A stretch of DNA of 64,000 nt from a virus (taxonomy: Duplodnaviria > Caudoviricetes). The stretch is taken from the IMG/VR virus record IMGVR_UViG_3300021514_000002, positions 32,001 to 96,000 of that record; one strand, written 5' to 3'. The notes beneath the pieces are model-generated. The model did not search any database. It saw only the letters and a program-made list of their open reading frames with translations, and was not told where the DNA came from. Position numbers and translations under genes: made by a program. Positions 39,935 through 48,738 of the stretch are shown piece by piece (the stretch's first letter is position 1; each line of letters begins with the position of its first letter).

Positions 39935-40020
39935 TGGTGGGGCCGCAGGGATTCGAACCCTGAATGCGTATTCCGCGCCGGATTAAAAGTCCGGTATCCT
40001 AGCCGTTAGATGACAGCCCC
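39935..40020 (-). tRNA. tRNA-Lys(TTT) with 15-nt variable arm
   Basis: CCGGA-CTTTTAA-TCCGG, V hairpin GCG-GAATA-CGC, CCA. Confidence 0.85.
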
Positions 40021-40027
40021 ATAAATC

Positions 40028-40642
40028 TTAAACTAATCTTTTGAATAATGCATCGTTACCGTTACATTTTTCTTTAAGTCGATCAATCCATTTTCTATTC
40101 TTAATCTTAAACATTCTAACAATTTTGTTTTTCTTGTTGTGATACTTACATACCACCCCTTCAAACGTCATATCTTCTAATGTTCCATTTTTAATAGAAG
40201 TAACTAAATCTTCTGTTAACACACCTTTGTATAAAACTTTGGGTATACCTACATCTTCAAATAATTCTATGAAGTGTAACGGTTCAACCATTCCACGTTT
40301 ATACACATTGACATCAATCAATGTCACTTGGTGTTCTTCGTTCATATCATGCGAGCCAGCAAATGAGCTCTCACCATGAAACTCAAAAAATACTACTACA
40401 CGTTCCCACTTCTTATTAGAAAATATTTCAGCTAATCGTTCCTGATGTTTTTCTAATATTATATCAACCGCTTCACCCAACATAGGATGTTTATTATCAA
40501 TCAGTTGATTTCTTGAACCAAATTTATAAAACCCTTTCTTCTTTGACCATTCTGCTCTTATATTAGAACCGTCAAGTTTATCAAACACTACTACTTTTGT
40601 TCTTTCTAACTTTGTACTTATTGATGGATATGATTTCATCAT
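40028..40642 (-). CDS. ATP-dependent RNA ligase-like nucleotidyltransferase (short Rnl2-like)
   Basis: motif I KLDGSN, FFEFHG, FEGVV, FKIKN. Confidence 0.7.
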   Translation of the reverse strand: MMKSYPSISTKLERTKVVVFDKLDGSNIRAEWSKKKGFYKFGSRNQLIDNKHPMLGEAVDIILEKHQERLAEIFSNKKWERVVVFFEFHGESSFAGSHDMNEEHQVTLIDVNVYKRGMVEPLHFIELFEDVGIPKVLYKGVLTEDLVTSIKNGTLEDMTFEGVVCKYHNKKNKIVRMFKIKNRKWIDRLKEKCNGNDALFKRLV

Positions 40643-40667
40643 AAACCCCTTGTTTTTTGCGGGGCAT

Positions 40668-40702
40668 AAAAAAAGCCCCTTACTTTCGCTTGGGGCTTTT
40701 TT
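40668..40702 (-). terminator. intrinsic terminator / attenuator (segments 3:4)
   Basis: AAAAAAGCCCC-AAGCGAAAGTAA-GGGGCTTTTTTT. Confidence 0.85.
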
Positions 40703-40722
40703 GAATTCTTTGGAAAATGTTT

Positions 40723-40824
40723 TTAAATAACTTTCTTTTCCTCAGTCAAAACCCCACGTTGCAGATTGGCATTAATAGCCACCGCATTCGTTTTAATTGT
40801 ATTGGTTTTGATTGTAACAAACAT
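40723..40824 (-). CDS. leader peptide MFVTIKTNTIKTNAVAINANLQRGVLTEEKKVI (33 aa)
   Basis: manually translated; AGGA RBS; lies between promoter and terminator; below ORF-track length cutoff. Confidence 0.75.
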   Translation of the reverse strand: MFVTIKTNTIKTNAVAINANLQRGVLTEEKKVI

Positions 40825-40867
40825 TTTAATTTTTCCTAAAATTTCTAATTTCGTTTAAGTTATACAG

Positions 40868-40896
40868 ACTATATATCATCGTGTTCTTAATGTCAA
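40868..40896 (-). promoter_or_regulatory. sigma70-like promoter of leader/ligase/tRNA operon
   Basis: TTGACA-N17-TATAGT. Confidence 0.75.
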
Positions 40897-40913
40897 GCAT
40901 TTTCTGCAAATAT

Positions 40914-41138
40914 TTATTTTTTTGTCTGTATTCTTATTAATGCGGTCATTGCCTTGCTCAATTCTTCTTGTACGCCCTGCATATTATTTTGCTCTAATGC
41001 ATTTTTTAACGTTCTAAGGTTGCTTAATACCATATCAATTACAAGTGATTCTTTAGATCTTTTTTTACCGTAATCATCACCATATCCAGGCAATCCTTCT
41101 GTAATACCAGCAAGTTCCTTTAATCTTCCATTGTCCAT
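40914..41138 (-). CDS. putative internal head protein
   Basis: RLKELAGITEG leader; TATAAATA at 41163-41170. Confidence 0.55.
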   Translation of the reverse strand: MDNGRLKELAGITEGLPGYGDDYGKKRSKESLVIDMVLSNLRTLKNALEQNNMQGVQEELSKAMTALIRIQTKK

Positions 41139-41230
41139 ATCTAACTCCTTAATAGTTAATACTATTTATAAGGACAATAAAAAAGAGCACGAAAATGGGT
41201 TCTGTGGCATAAATTACAGTATATTGCTTA

Positions 41231-41491
41231 TTATATTTGTGTTTCTTTATAGGCGGTTAATCGTGCCATGCCCGTTTCTTTTGTTTCTTGTTTTGGCCAG
41301 TACATACATAGAGCATCTTTAACATTTTCGGGTAACCGTTCGTTTGGTTTTACAAAAATGAGAAATTCGTCATATTTACAATTCTCGGCGGCATTTGCTT
41401 CATCGTAAAATACCCCTTCACACATCCAAGTATCGTTAACTAATACACCTATGAGCCAAACACCTTCTTTTGTTTCCATATTTGTCACCAT
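41231..41491 (-). CDS. hypothetical protein
   Basis: ORF track. Confidence 0.5.
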   Translation of the reverse strand: MVTNMETKEGVWLIGVLVNDTWMCEGVFYDEANAAENCKYDEFLIFVKPNERLPENVKDALCMYWPKQETKETGMARLTAYKETQI

Positions 41492-41532
41492 TTTTCCATG
41501 ATTTCGTCTATTTTAGATACCATATCACTATT

Positions 41533-41727
41533 TTACTTAAAAGTTATTCTATTTGAATCTTCGGTGCTAAAATATTTAACATTGAGCACTGCATCATTAA
41601 ATAACGCGGCTGCTTCAACACATCTGGCTTTTTTGCGTTTCTTATCAACATAACAAATGAATACATGTTGTATATTATTATATGTAAAAAAATCACCAAG
41701 CTTCATCTTCGGCCATATCTTCGGCAT
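41533..41727 (-). CDS. hypothetical protein
   Basis: ORF track. Confidence 0.4.
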   Translation of the reverse strand: MPKIWPKMKLGDFFTYNNIQHVFICYVDKKRKKARCVEAAALFNDAVLNVKYFSTEDSNRITFK

Positions 41728-41852
41728 CTTTCTAAGGGTATATTCTATATTATGGATTCAATTTTCTTGGAAATTGAATCCATAATATATTCTTTGTCGC
41801 TATCTAAAACATTGGATATGACTATAGTTAATTCTTTACGTTCATCCATGAT

Positions 41853-44093
41853 TTATACCCAATTAGCAAGAATTTCATCTACTTTAGAAGCCATCCCTAC
41901 ATCAAAGATGGTATCATATTCTTTGCCCTCTTGACGTTCATAGTCAATGGAATAGCCTCGTGCTTCGGCGTGTAAACGAAGTAGATCAAACATGTTAGGT
42001 TTATCAACCAACATGGATTCAATAGATTTTGCCATTAAAATAATACTTCCAGCTTTATTTTCCACGTTTGAATTGCGAAAAGAGCTTAATGAGACATCTG
42101 CCCAAATTATTTGATTTGTTTCTAAATCTAAAATCAATGGGATATTATACCTCGTATCACCATCAATATCAAATTTGTGCTTAACTGTAGTAGGTTCAAA
42201 TACTTTACCACTATTAACCTTATCGCGTCCCATAACACCTGCAAAACATTCAAAAGTATTAAATCCTTGACCAGTATATGAAATAACATTCATTACAACA
42301 TATCGTATATGATTACGACGCGCAGTGTCAATATCAATATCAATAAACTCTGCTGCGCCATTAGGTGCAGACTGAATATCGCCAGAATGTACGCCGCCAA
42401 CATCAGATAAGCGCGTATAAGATAACTGGCCTTTGTAGTTCCAATTAGCATCATAAGATACTGCGCTTAAATCAACATCAACACGATCATCTTTATTTTC
42501 TTTCCAATATAAGAACATTCTTGTTGCATTATTCTTTGCTAATGGTATATGAGAACCACGGGCAACCGTAACTAAACTTTTGCTTGCATTTCTTTGCACC
42601 AATGGCACTAAGTAACCTTTTAAATCTTTGTTAATATAAATATTACCCAAATCTTCAAGTTTAGCAAAGCGTTGTAATAATTCATTAGTGATTGTATTGA
42701 CGACATTGATTGCAAAATCCGCATCAATTGTATCACGTTCATCTTTAATAACTTGGATCTTCGCCAAGCTACCTTTAGGCATGAAGTAACGCTCGCCTGA
42801 ATTAATAGAACGATACTTAAAATGCGAAGACAATGTTAACAACATTGGCGTAGGTATTTTTTCTACCAATTCATTAAAAGTCGTTAACACGGGTACAGGT
42901 GCATCAAACGCACGCAACATCCAATCCATGCGTCGTGCAAACTCGCCGGGTCTGGTTGCCAAAATCGCAATCAAGTCCCGCTCAGCGATCCATGCATCGG
43001 AACCAGTAAGTGATTTAATAGTAACAACAAACTTTTCAACCTTGCTATTAAATGTTTCAATTGTGTCAGCACGATTTCTTAGCGTGTCACATGCATTGAA
43101 AGCATTTGGATATTTCTTGGCATACTTACCAATATGTAAAACTTCTGCAAGACGAATCCAACGCATTTTATAGCGAAGCATATCTTCTTCTGGACTATTT
43201 ACATTGTCCAGTAACCACATAATAACCCTGCGTTCTTTATTTGATAAACGGAAACGTGTAACTTCTTTCAAAGATACATCACCACCAGATAACTGAACAG
43301 CAAGACGCAATACGTCTGTTGCCGTTTTGATATAATCAATCAATATGTATGATGCTATGGTGGTGTAGTCACTATGTGAACCGTTCGGATCGTATGTATA
43401 ATCTACCGCAAGCCCAGCAATCAATGCTACGTTTTCTTTCATGGTAATCATATTTGATACACATGTAAACATGCTTGGATCTTCTTTGACTAACTTCGTA
43501 ATAATATCACGATTATCTTCTGAAATAGAAGACTTAGCTTCTAATAGATTCGTAAAGATTTGTTTAACATCTTCTACATTAATTAATTTAATAATTTTTA
43601 AAGGGGTAATATCTTCCAATACTGGACGATCATTTTCATCCGTAGTTTCATCTACTTGGCATTGACAAATTGGGCAGGCACCAAAATCATCCATATTAAA
43701 TAAACGCGTATCAATAACATGACCACATGAAAGTGGTTTAATGTCTTCTGGTACGCAATCAATTAAATTGGTCACAAATCCAATAATACGTCTGAAAAAA
43801 TATTCATCATCATCGGGAATATCCTGTGGGAAATTCTTAAATAATGGACGATACTTTACATGATCGCCAACCATTTTGGATAAGTTTTCGACTAACATTG
43901 TATGGAAATTTCTGAAATCGGTTTCAGTTAAGGTACGGATGGCACGAATAACATTACCATCTAGCGTATACCCAAGTTGAGATATATCTAATAAAAGATC
44001 GCGAATATGAACTGCTGGTGTTTTCCATGTTGATTCAGTAACTACGACAGACTGTTTGTATTGTAAAGCAATGGCATTTTGTAACACGTTCAT
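41853..44093 (-). CDS. prokaryotic RING-4 + ROT/TROVE-like helical repeats + C-terminal TerD domain protein
   Basis: SCGH...GACPIC RING-like motif; RPGEFARR..W.LR; C-terminal FLYW...DVDLSA...HSGDIQSAPNGAAEFIDI (TerD-like). Confidence 0.7.
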   Translation of the reverse strand: MNVLQNAIALQYKQSVVVTESTWKTPAVHIRDLLLDISQLGYTLDGNVIRAIRTLTETDFRNFHTMLVENLSKMVGDHVKYRPLFKNFPQDIPDDDEYFFRRIIGFVTNLIDCVPEDIKPLSCGHVIDTRLFNMDDFGACPICQCQVDETTDENDRPVLEDITPLKIIKLINVEDVKQIFTNLLEAKSSISEDNRDIITKLVKEDPSMFTCVSNMITMKENVALIAGLAVDYTYDPNGSHSDYTTIASYILIDYIKTATDVLRLAVQLSGGDVSLKEVTRFRLSNKERRVIMWLLDNVNSPEEDMLRYKMRWIRLAEVLHIGKYAKKYPNAFNACDTLRNRADTIETFNSKVEKFVVTIKSLTGSDAWIAERDLIAILATRPGEFARRMDWMLRAFDAPVPVLTTFNELVEKIPTPMLLTLSSHFKYRSINSGERYFMPKGSLAKIQVIKDERDTIDADFAINVVNTITNELLQRFAKLEDLGNIYINKDLKGYLVPLVQRNASKSLVTVARGSHIPLAKNNATRMFLYWKENKDDRVDVDLSAVSYDANWNYKGQLSYTRLSDVGGVHSGDIQSAPNGAAEFIDIDIDTARRNHIRYVVMNVISYTGQGFNTFECFAGVMGRDKVNSGKVFEPTTVKHKFDIDGDTRYNIPLILDLETNQIIWADVSLSSFRNSNVENKAGSIILMAKSIESMLVDKPNMFDLLRLHAEARGYSIDYERQEGKEYDTIFDVGMASKVDEILANWV

Positions 44094-44121
44094 ATTATTA
44101 TCCTTTATTAGACGAAAAGAA

Positions 44122-44215
44122 AACGGGAATTGGACTCTCTATTTCGGGCTACCTTTGGGCGTGAACCCGCAGGTTGCGTTAGCTGATTTAGAAGGAAGAG
44201 AATTCCATAGCCGTT
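44122..44215 (-). ncRNA. structured RNA copy 2 (Y-RNA-like candidate)
   Basis: AACGG-CTATG-GAATT-CTCTTCC-TTCTA...TAGAG-AGTCC-AATTC-CCGTT. Confidence 0.6.
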
Positions 44216-44231
44216 TATTTCAAATTTAAGT

Positions 44232-44297
44232 GTCAGGAATTGGAGACTCTAATTCACATTTAAAGTAGTTTAGAAGGAAGAGAACTTCATAGCTGAC
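44232..44297 (-). ncRNA. structured RNA copy 1 (Y-RNA-like candidate)
   Basis: GTCAG-CTAT-GAAGTT-CTCTTCCT-TCTAA...TTAGA-GTCTCC-AATTC-CTGAC. Confidence 0.6.
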
Positions 44298-44306
44298 GAA
44301 AGATAT

Positions 44307-44333
44307 ATTATAATAAAGGGGTTAAAATGTCAA
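44307..44333 (-). promoter_or_regulatory. sigma70-like promoter directly upstream of RNA copy 1
   Basis: TTGACA then TATAAT at 15 nt (or TAATAT at 17 nt). Confidence 0.6.
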
Positions 44334-44343
44334 GGGTTTTTTA

Positions 44344-45108
44344 CTAAAAATTCAAAAAATTTATAACTTGTTGATTTTCTTGAATTCTTTTCTTAGCCAT
44401 TTCTATGTATTTTTGTGACAATTCAATACCAATGAAATCACGGTGTAGTTTTTTTGCAGCCAATGCGGTAGTTCCAGACCCCATGAAAGGATCAAGAATG
44501 GTTTTTGCTGTAGTTGAAGATATAATTCGTTCAGGTAATTCTATGGGAAAAGGCGCAGGATGTTCATTATTAGATTCTTGTCCAATATCCCAGACATCCC
44601 CAAACCCGTTTGCTTTATCTGCTAATTTAAAGTCAGGTTTGCATATCATGTATATTACTTCATATGTAGGAAGGAAATAACTTTTATTGAAGTTTATCCC
44701 TCCATTTCGTCGCCAAATTATGACTTGTCGTACAGGGAATCCTTCAAGAATATCATGCCTATCCTGTAATAATCCATTTTGTACACGCCATTTGTGGTTA
44801 TAAAAAATCGCACCATTTTCAGGAATAATACGGAACATTTCAGTTAAGCAATCACGTTGCCATTGGACATATTCATCATGGGGCATATTATCATTATGTT
44901 CTGAATAACCGTCTTTTAATGCTGCGTTTGGCCATTTACTACTTTTGGTGCCAATAGAACTTAGGCCATTCCCAGATGAATTTTTTATATTATATGGTGG
45001 GGATGTTACAATTAATTCAATGCTATTATCTGGAATTTCTTTCATTACTTGCAGCGAATCACCACAAATGAAATTATTTGTGAAGTCGGAAGGATATTGT
45101 AAAGTCAT
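44344..45108 (-). CDS. DNA N4-cytosine/N6-adenine methyltransferase (beta class)
   Basis: TSPPYN, HPAPFP, DPFMGSGTT. Confidence 0.9.
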   Translation of the reverse strand: MTLQYPSDFTNNFICGDSLQVMKEIPDNSIELIVTSPPYNIKNSSGNGLSSIGTKSSKWPNAALKDGYSEHNDNMPHDEYVQWQRDCLTEMFRIIPENGAIFYNHKWRVQNGLLQDRHDILEGFPVRQVIIWRRNGGINFNKSYFLPTYEVIYMICKPDFKLADKANGFGDVWDIGQESNNEHPAPFPIELPERIISSTTAKTILDPFMGSGTTALAAKKLHRDFIGIELSQKYIEMAKKRIQENQQVINFLNF

Positions 45109-45169
45109 ATTTTCTATCTTAATACGTTACATACAACAAGTCAATATTATTTTTCAAAATCTTGCCTGA

Positions 45170-45421
45170 TTATGTTAATCTAATTTCGTATTCAGTAATT
45201 GCATCTGCAAGTGTTGCAAAAATGTCTGCATCTAAAAATTCGTCAGTGCCTGCTTCGGTACCTAAACGGATATCATATTTAACAACCGTTCCTGTTGATA
45301 ATACATTTGCCCGAACTTGAACAATAACGCCAGTTTTTACTGCACTGTTGCAACTTCCACCTGGGGTAATAACCCAAATAGCTGTTTCTGGTTCATATGA
45401 ATATGCAATTGGTGATGCCAT
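45170..45421 (-). CDS. late-expressed hypothetical (possibly structural) protein
   Basis: TATAAATA at 45438-45445, RBS GGAG. Confidence 0.5.
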   Translation of the reverse strand: MASPIAYSYEPETAIWVITPGGSCNSAVKTGVIVQVRANVLSTGTVVKYDIRLGTEAGTDEFLDADIFATLADAITEYEIRLT

Positions 45422-45638
45422 TGAAAATCTCCTAAAATATTTATAATGTATTTATGACAATTTACTTTTTATTGAATAAATCTTCAATAGAATCAAGATA
45501 ATCCTTTTCTGGATCTAATGCACGTTTAAGCATATTTTCTTGTTCAGGAGAAAGCGTTGGTTCTTTTTCAACACCAATATCGGATAGAATTTTGATTACA
45601 GCAACATCTTGTTTATTCATAGATGTATTTATAAATGC

Positions 45639-46802
45639 CTACGAAAGGCTAACCTTCCGTAGGACTTCTTTGCGTAAATCTTCGATAGCTTCGCCGATTT
45701 GTTTACCTTCCAATCTTTCCTTTTGTCCAGTTGTCAACATCTCAAACTCAACAACAATTCCTGCTTTAAACATCTTCAAGAATTTAAAGGCAATTGAATG
45801 AATAAAATGGTTATCAAAAATAATCAACGTAGTTGCTGTTTTATGAAACGTAGTAGGCAATTTCCATGCATGGACTTTGTCTAATACTTTAATAAAACCT
45901 TCCGCAGTATCAAAATCATTAGAATGATCCAAAATATCATTAATCATAGTGCAAGACATTTTTAATGCATTTTTAACAGATCTTGGAGCCTTCAATCGTT
46001 CAAGCATGTTTAATACTTGTTCAGTATTGGAGCCAGCAGCAAGAATTACCATTCGGTCAATAAAATCACTGAACAGTAAGACAGCCCTGTCTAGTGTTTC
46101 GTTGGTTTGAATTGGTAATTTGTTTTCATCAAACAATTCTGGAAACAATACATCAAGGGCATTAACATCATGTAGAACCATAAAAAACTGCATAGGAAAA
46201 TCTTCCATCACTGCTTTTTCTAATTCAGCGAAAACACGTTCTGGGGTTAATTCATCCAATTCACCAGACTTTGTTAGTTGTGCCATCAATTTGAGCGTAT
46301 CAGTAGAAACACTAAAATTGTATCGTGCTGCAAATCTTGCCACGCGAAGAACACGTACTGGATCTTCTGCAAACGCATCACTAACATGCCGAAGCAGACC
46401 GCTTTCTAAATCCTGCATCCCATTAAATGGATCAATAACAAAATGTGTACTTCGTGTCTCTTGGAATTTTTCCCAATTGTCACGGTTTACCGCCATTGAA
46501 TTGACAGTCAAATCCCGACGGAACAAGTCATCTCTCAATGTTACAGAAGGGTCAAAGTCGGTTTCAAAGCCATGGTAGCCAGAACCAATTTTCCGTTCGG
46601 TACGCGCCAGTGCAAATTCTTGACCTTTTTCGTCAAGGAAAACAGGAAAATCAGCGCCTACTTGTTGAAAGCCGTCAGCAAGCATTTCTTCTGGTGTTGA
46701 ACCAACAACAACAAAATCCATATCCTTAACTGGCCGACCGAGTAAGGTATCCCTGACGGCACCGCCGACTACGAAAGTTTCTGTGTGAGTGTGAGTTGTC
46801 AT
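45639..46802 (-). CDS. cca: CCA-adding tRNA nucleotidyltransferase
   Basis: [50 protein letters not shown]. Confidence 0.92.
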   Translation of the reverse strand: MTTHTHTETFVVGGAVRDTLLGRPVKDMDFVVVGSTPEEMLADGFQQVGADFPVFLDEKGQEFALARTERKIGSGYHGFETDFDPSVTLRDDLFRRDLTVNSMAVNRDNWEKFQETRSTHFVIDPFNGMQDLESGLLRHVSDAFAEDPVRVLRVARFAARYNFSVSTDTLKLMAQLTKSGELDELTPERVFAELEKAVMEDFPMQFFMVLHDVNALDVLFPELFDENKLPIQTNETLDRAVLLFSDFIDRMVILAAGSNTEQVLNMLERLKAPRSVKNALKMSCTMINDILDHSNDFDTAEGFIKVLDKVHAWKLPTTFHKTATTLIIFDNHFIHSIAFKFLKMFKAGIVVEFEMLTTGQKERLEGKQIGEAIEDLRKEVLRKVSLS

Positions 46803-46844
46803 AATAGGATTATTATAACAAAGGGTTACGCAAATGTCAAATGA

Positions 46845-47300
46845 TTATTGACACCAATCCTGTTTAGTACCACTACCATAGTATTCTACGGCAAGACCTT
46901 CATTTATAAGGGTTTTTCCTATATCATTACCACCAACTGATACGTTGGCAATAATCCTTGCGCCGTTTCTACCCCATTTATAGTTAGTAATTTTCATACG
47001 TGTATTATAACCTACAAGGTCAATCACACGGTCTCTTACTTTTAGTGCCATTTCAGCTTCTTTAACGCATTTAGCGCGATTAAGCTTGCCAGTAGTAGCA
47101 TAACTTTTTGCAGGCAGTTCTGGGGTATCAATACCGTATATACGAATGCTTACTTTGTTTAGTGGGGTTGGTAATCGCCATGATAAATCGGTTTTAATTG
47201 TATCGCCGTCGTAAACTTCTACGATAGGCAACAACATATAATTTTGTGCCGCAGCACTTGTTGAAATTAAAAATAGCCAAAGTGTAAGACTTTTTCTCAT
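46845..47300 (-). CDS. thermonuclease (SNase-like) with signal peptide
   Basis: VYDGDT, IRIYGIDTPE, GR..A...LINEGLA. Confidence 0.85.
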   Translation of the reverse strand: MRKSLTLWLFLISTSAAAQNYMLLPIVEVYDGDTIKTDLSWRLPTPLNKVSIRIYGIDTPELPAKSYATTGKLNRAKCVKEAEMALKVRDRVIDLVGYNTRMKITNYKWGRNGARIIANVSVGGNDIGKTLINEGLAVEYYGSGTKQDWCQ

Positions 47301-47626
47301 CTTGCTATTACAAACATAGGTTTGCCGCTTGGTGCTTTACCTGCGGGTTTGAATTTGGTTCCATGTGGAAGCATTGCAGTTTTTTGTCCGCCTGCCTGTT
47401 GTACTAAGATACCATCAGGAGACATTTTTGCTACGATAAACATACCTGTTTTTGTTTGGATAACATCACCCTGTGATGGGCTTGCAGCAGTCATTTTTTC
47501 TTTAAAGCCGCCTCGGGCTTGGGCATCCGCAGCATTTGCCATATCTTGTTCCCGTGCTTGTTTTGTTAATTGCAAATCACCAACATCTACTTCTATTAAA
47601 AATTGTTTAAATGATAATTTAGACAT
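47297..47626 (-). CDS. putative internal head protein
   Basis: MSKLSFKQFLIE. Confidence 0.55.
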   Translation of the reverse strand: MSKLSFKQFLIEVDVGDLQLTKQAREQDMANAADAQARGGFKEKMTAASPSQGDVIQTKTGMFIVAKMSPDGILVQQAGGQKTAMLPHGTKFKPAGKAPSGKPMFVIAR

Positions 47627-47627
47627 A

Positions 47628-47852
47628 TTAATCCTTTAATGCTGCTTCGTTTAATAAGAATTCTCTAAAGGTTATACTTTCTGCTACTTTCGTAGGAAGT
47701 CCTTTATGTTTAGTTTCGGCAAAATCACGAATTTCTTTTTCTGTCATGTTTTCGGCGGCTTTTTTTATCGCGGCACTGGGGCATTCGCCGTCTGTTTTAC
47801 ATTTTAGCACCATGGCCATAAACTTTTGTTGGTTTTTTGATTCTGCTGGCAT
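47628..47852 (-). CDS. DUF3008-like protein
   Basis: MPAES..QQKFM...M...I.DFA.TKHKGLP. Confidence 0.6.
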   Translation of the reverse strand: MPAESKNQQKFMAMVLKCKTDGECPSAAIKKAAENMTEKEIRDFAETKHKGLPTKVAESITFREFLLNEAALKD

Positions 47853-47853
47853 T

Positions 47854-48138
47854 TTATTTTCCTTCTACCTCGTTTCCTTGAATTTCTTCAAGTTCTTCAT
47901 TGGCTTCTTGTATTGCATTAAGCATAGCTTCTACAACACCACTAGTGTATATTAAATGTCTGGCTGATTGCCAAGCTCTTGGTTCATCTGAATTTTTGAT
48001 GAAGGAAATTGCTTTTTCTAAACGCTTAATAGCTGATTTTTTTGCAGTATCCAAAGCCATTCTACCGTAACCCTGAATTAGGATTTCAGATTTTTCAGGA
48101 TTTTCTTTATTTAATTGGTAAATTGATTCAAGTAGCAT
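47854..48138 (-). CDS. putative internal head protein
   Basis: MLLES leader; CATAAATA at 48172-48179. Confidence 0.5.
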   Translation of the reverse strand: MLLESIYQLNKENPEKSEILIQGYGRMALDTAKKSAIKRLEKAISFIKNSDEPRAWQSARHLIYTSGVVEAMLNAIQEANEELEEIQGNEVEGK

Positions 48139-48440
48139 ATTAATTATTTTCCATAAAATTTCATCTGATTGTATTTATGCGGCAGGTATTTTACAAGTAA
48201 TATTTTTGCTATTCTTGTAAAGCGATGATTTCATCACGTAGTTGTTCTGCTACTTCAAGTGACGTTTTAAAATCAGGATCAATCAATCCCTGTTCTTCAA
48301 TTTTTTCAATCATAGCTTCCATATTTTCTACTAATTCTGCTATTAATGTATCTCTATTCATTCTCACCATTCCTTATTTTTAGTGGTTTATTCTTTACTT
48401 ATATATCTATTGTAATTTTTATGTAATAAATTCTGAGAGA

Positions 48441-48466
48441 GAAATGTCCCTAATAAGGGACATTTC
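48441..48466. terminator. hairpin terminator
   Basis: GAAATGTCCCT-AATA-AGGGACATTTC, 11-bp inverted repeat. Confidence 0.65.
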
Positions 48467-48504
48467 CGTTGATATCTTATTGTTTGACCCGTATTAGGGA
48501 CATT

Positions 48505-48696
48505 TTATCCTAACAATAGTTGATTTCCATCAGCAGTAACAGGTACTACTTCGGCCAGCATCATTTGCTCTTCTGGTAGGTTGCTTTTTGCCATTTCAGC
48601 CAGCATTCGTTCATTAAATGGAGCAGATACTGCTACACCATTAACCTTTACCACGTAAAACACGGTATCTACATCATCTGTAATCATATTATCCAT
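48505..48696 (-). CDS. hypothetical protein
   Basis: ORF track, GGAG RBS. Confidence 0.55.
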   Translation of the reverse strand: MDNMITDDVDTVFYVVKVNGVAVSAPFNERMLAEMAKSNLPEEQMMLAEVVPVTADGNQLLLG

Positions 48697-48738
48697 TTTT
48701 ATCTCCTAAAAATTATATACCTATTTACCATAATAATT

